A stretch of DNA of 61,564 nucleotides, the filler included. It is 3 parts of 3 records of this genome, joined end to end, with 100 filler letters (N's around TTAATTAATTAA, not from the genome) between each part and the next. Parts side by side here need not be neighbours in the genome. Positions count along the whole stretch, not along the records: positions 50,054 to 61,564 come from SRR22947725_2227; 2 more parts are not named here. One strand, 5' to 3'. Under the pieces are notes generated by a model. The model ran no database searches, had not been told where the DNA came from, and saw only the letters and a list, made by a program, of their open reading frames with translations. Position numbers and translations under genes: made by a program. Of this stretch, positions 60,540 to 61,564 are shown piece after piece (the first letter of the stretch is position 1; every line of letters starts with the position of its first letter).

Positions 60540-61466
60540 ATGAAGGTTTTAATTATAAAACCATCTTCATTGGGAGATATTGTCCATGCACTGCGGGTAG
60601 TCTCCCTTATTAAAAAACAAGTCAATTCATTGCAAATCCACTGGGTCATAAAAAGCGGACTCGAGGGTATTATTTGTGCAAGTGGCATTGTGGACAAGTA
60701 CTTCCTGTTTTATCGAGGAGGGGGAGGCATGAAATTCCTTAAATTAGGGCTGTCATTAAGAAGAGAAAATTACGATTTAGTTTTAGATATGCAAGGTTTA
60801 TTAAGGAGTGCTTGGTTAGCAATTCTTGCCAATGGTAAGAGTTGTTACGGTCGACCTGACGGAAGAGAGTGTTCTACGCTTTTTTATAAAACTGTAAATA
60901 TCCCTACCGAAAACCACCCACATGCAATTGAACGGTTATTACCTTTTGTTGAAGCTTTCAATATACAAAAGGATAAAAAGCTTTATCTAGAATTCCATAA
61001 ATCAATAACCCCTGATTTTTTAAAAGAAAAACTAAATTATGAAAATTTTAGAATTTTGCTATTTCCAGAAAGTCGCAGAGCAGAAAAGTGTTGGCCTTTT
61101 TTTAAAGAACTCTCGGTATTGATTCAAGATGAGGGTATTGGCGATGTTTTGGTTTCCGGGACAAGGAAGGACGATCAATTTAATCATGCAATCGATTTAA
61201 GGGGCGAAGTGTCACTTGAATCAATTCCCGCATTAATTCGAAATGTTTCTATTGTTATTTCAAATGACAGTGCGCCCTTACACATAGCCTCAGCTATGAA
61301 AATCCCAACAATTGGTATATTTGGCCCAACTGACCCGCGAAAATATGGCCCCTACCCAAAAGGTTCGAGAAGGGGAGATACTATTTCTTCAGAGATCATT
61401 TCCGAACTTAAGCCAAGGCATGTCTTTAAAAGGATCCTATTAATGCTAGAAGAATTCAGGCAATAA
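60540..61466 (+). CDS. GT9 ADP-heptose:LPS heptosyltransferase (WaaC-like)
   Basis: KVLIIKPSSLGDIVHA, DMQGLLRS, SNDSAPLHIA, IFGPT; ATG at 60540. Confidence 0.9.
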   Translation: MKVLIIKPSSLGDIVHALRVVSLIKKQVNSLQIHWVIKSGLEGIICASGIVDKYFLFYRGGGGMKFLKLGLSLRRENYDLVLDMQGLLRSAWLAILANGKSCYGRPDGRECSTLFYKTVNIPTENHPHAIERLLPFVEAFNIQKDKKLYLEFHKSITPDFLKEKLNYENFRILLFPESRRAEKCWPFFKELSVLIQDEGIGDVLVSGTRKDDQFNHAIDLRGEVSLESIPALIRNVSIVISNDSAPLHIASAMKIPTIGIFGPTDPRKYGPYPKGSRRGDTISSEIISELKPRHVFKRILLMLEEFRQ

Positions 61467-61564
61467 TTTTTAAATAAAAAGATAATACATACCACTATCA
61501 TATGGTTTTGACCCGAGCATCACTTTCTGAAAAAATAATACTAAACAATGATCGACCTAACTTA

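Noticed and set aside
438-60697. Numerous short antisense or overlapping ORFs in the track (e.g. 438-623, 2599-2982, 4553-4924, 14224-14718, 33483-33935, 45203-45586, 59757-60080)
   Set aside because: Shadow frames of well-supported genes or of the 6S RNA; no recognisable motifs.
61502-61564. Possible start of a downstream gene (MVLTRASLSEKIILNNDRPNL...)
   Set aside because: Too short at the window edge to support; an opposite-strand frame is equally open.

Overview
The window is three unrelated contigs joined by artificial N44-TTAATTAATTAA-N44 linkers (23727-23826 and 49954-50053). Contig 1 (1-23726) is a compact, AT-rich alphaproteobacterial housekeeping region: ruvCAB, yebC, 6S RNA/ygfA, zapA, fbaB-efp-suhB, a MotA/MotB-like pair, rpmE, glyQS, ispB, an RlmD-type methyltransferase, a sugar-acid dehydratase/aldolase trio, tRNA-Ile2(CAT) and partial rpoD. 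It carries two apparent pseudo-enzymes, SuhB and an S24/CI-like repressor. Contig 2 (23827-49953) is Flavobacteriaceae-like, with TAnnTTTG promoters, gpmI, map, apbE, nqrABCDEF, T9SS plug and porT, pruA, rsmG, aspC, trkAH, menG and partial tamL. Its most notable feature is a ~1.8 kb AT-rich insert (25522-27303) between a VanY-type peptidase and gpmI. This insert has the architecture of an integrase-less, integron-like gene-cassette array: an attI-like site, two promoterless single-gene cassettes whose 5' GTT cores are complementary to their own 3' AAC inverse cores, one complete attC-like hairpin, and a second one cut by a REP-like hairpin. It shows signs of decay. Contig 3 (50054-61564) is an LPS/surface-glycan locus, possibly from the PVC group (weak inference). 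It has glycosyltransferases, five SAM methyltransferases, a sulfotransferase and a lipid A acyltransferase-heptosyltransferase fusion. All calls come from reading the sequence; no database searches were run.
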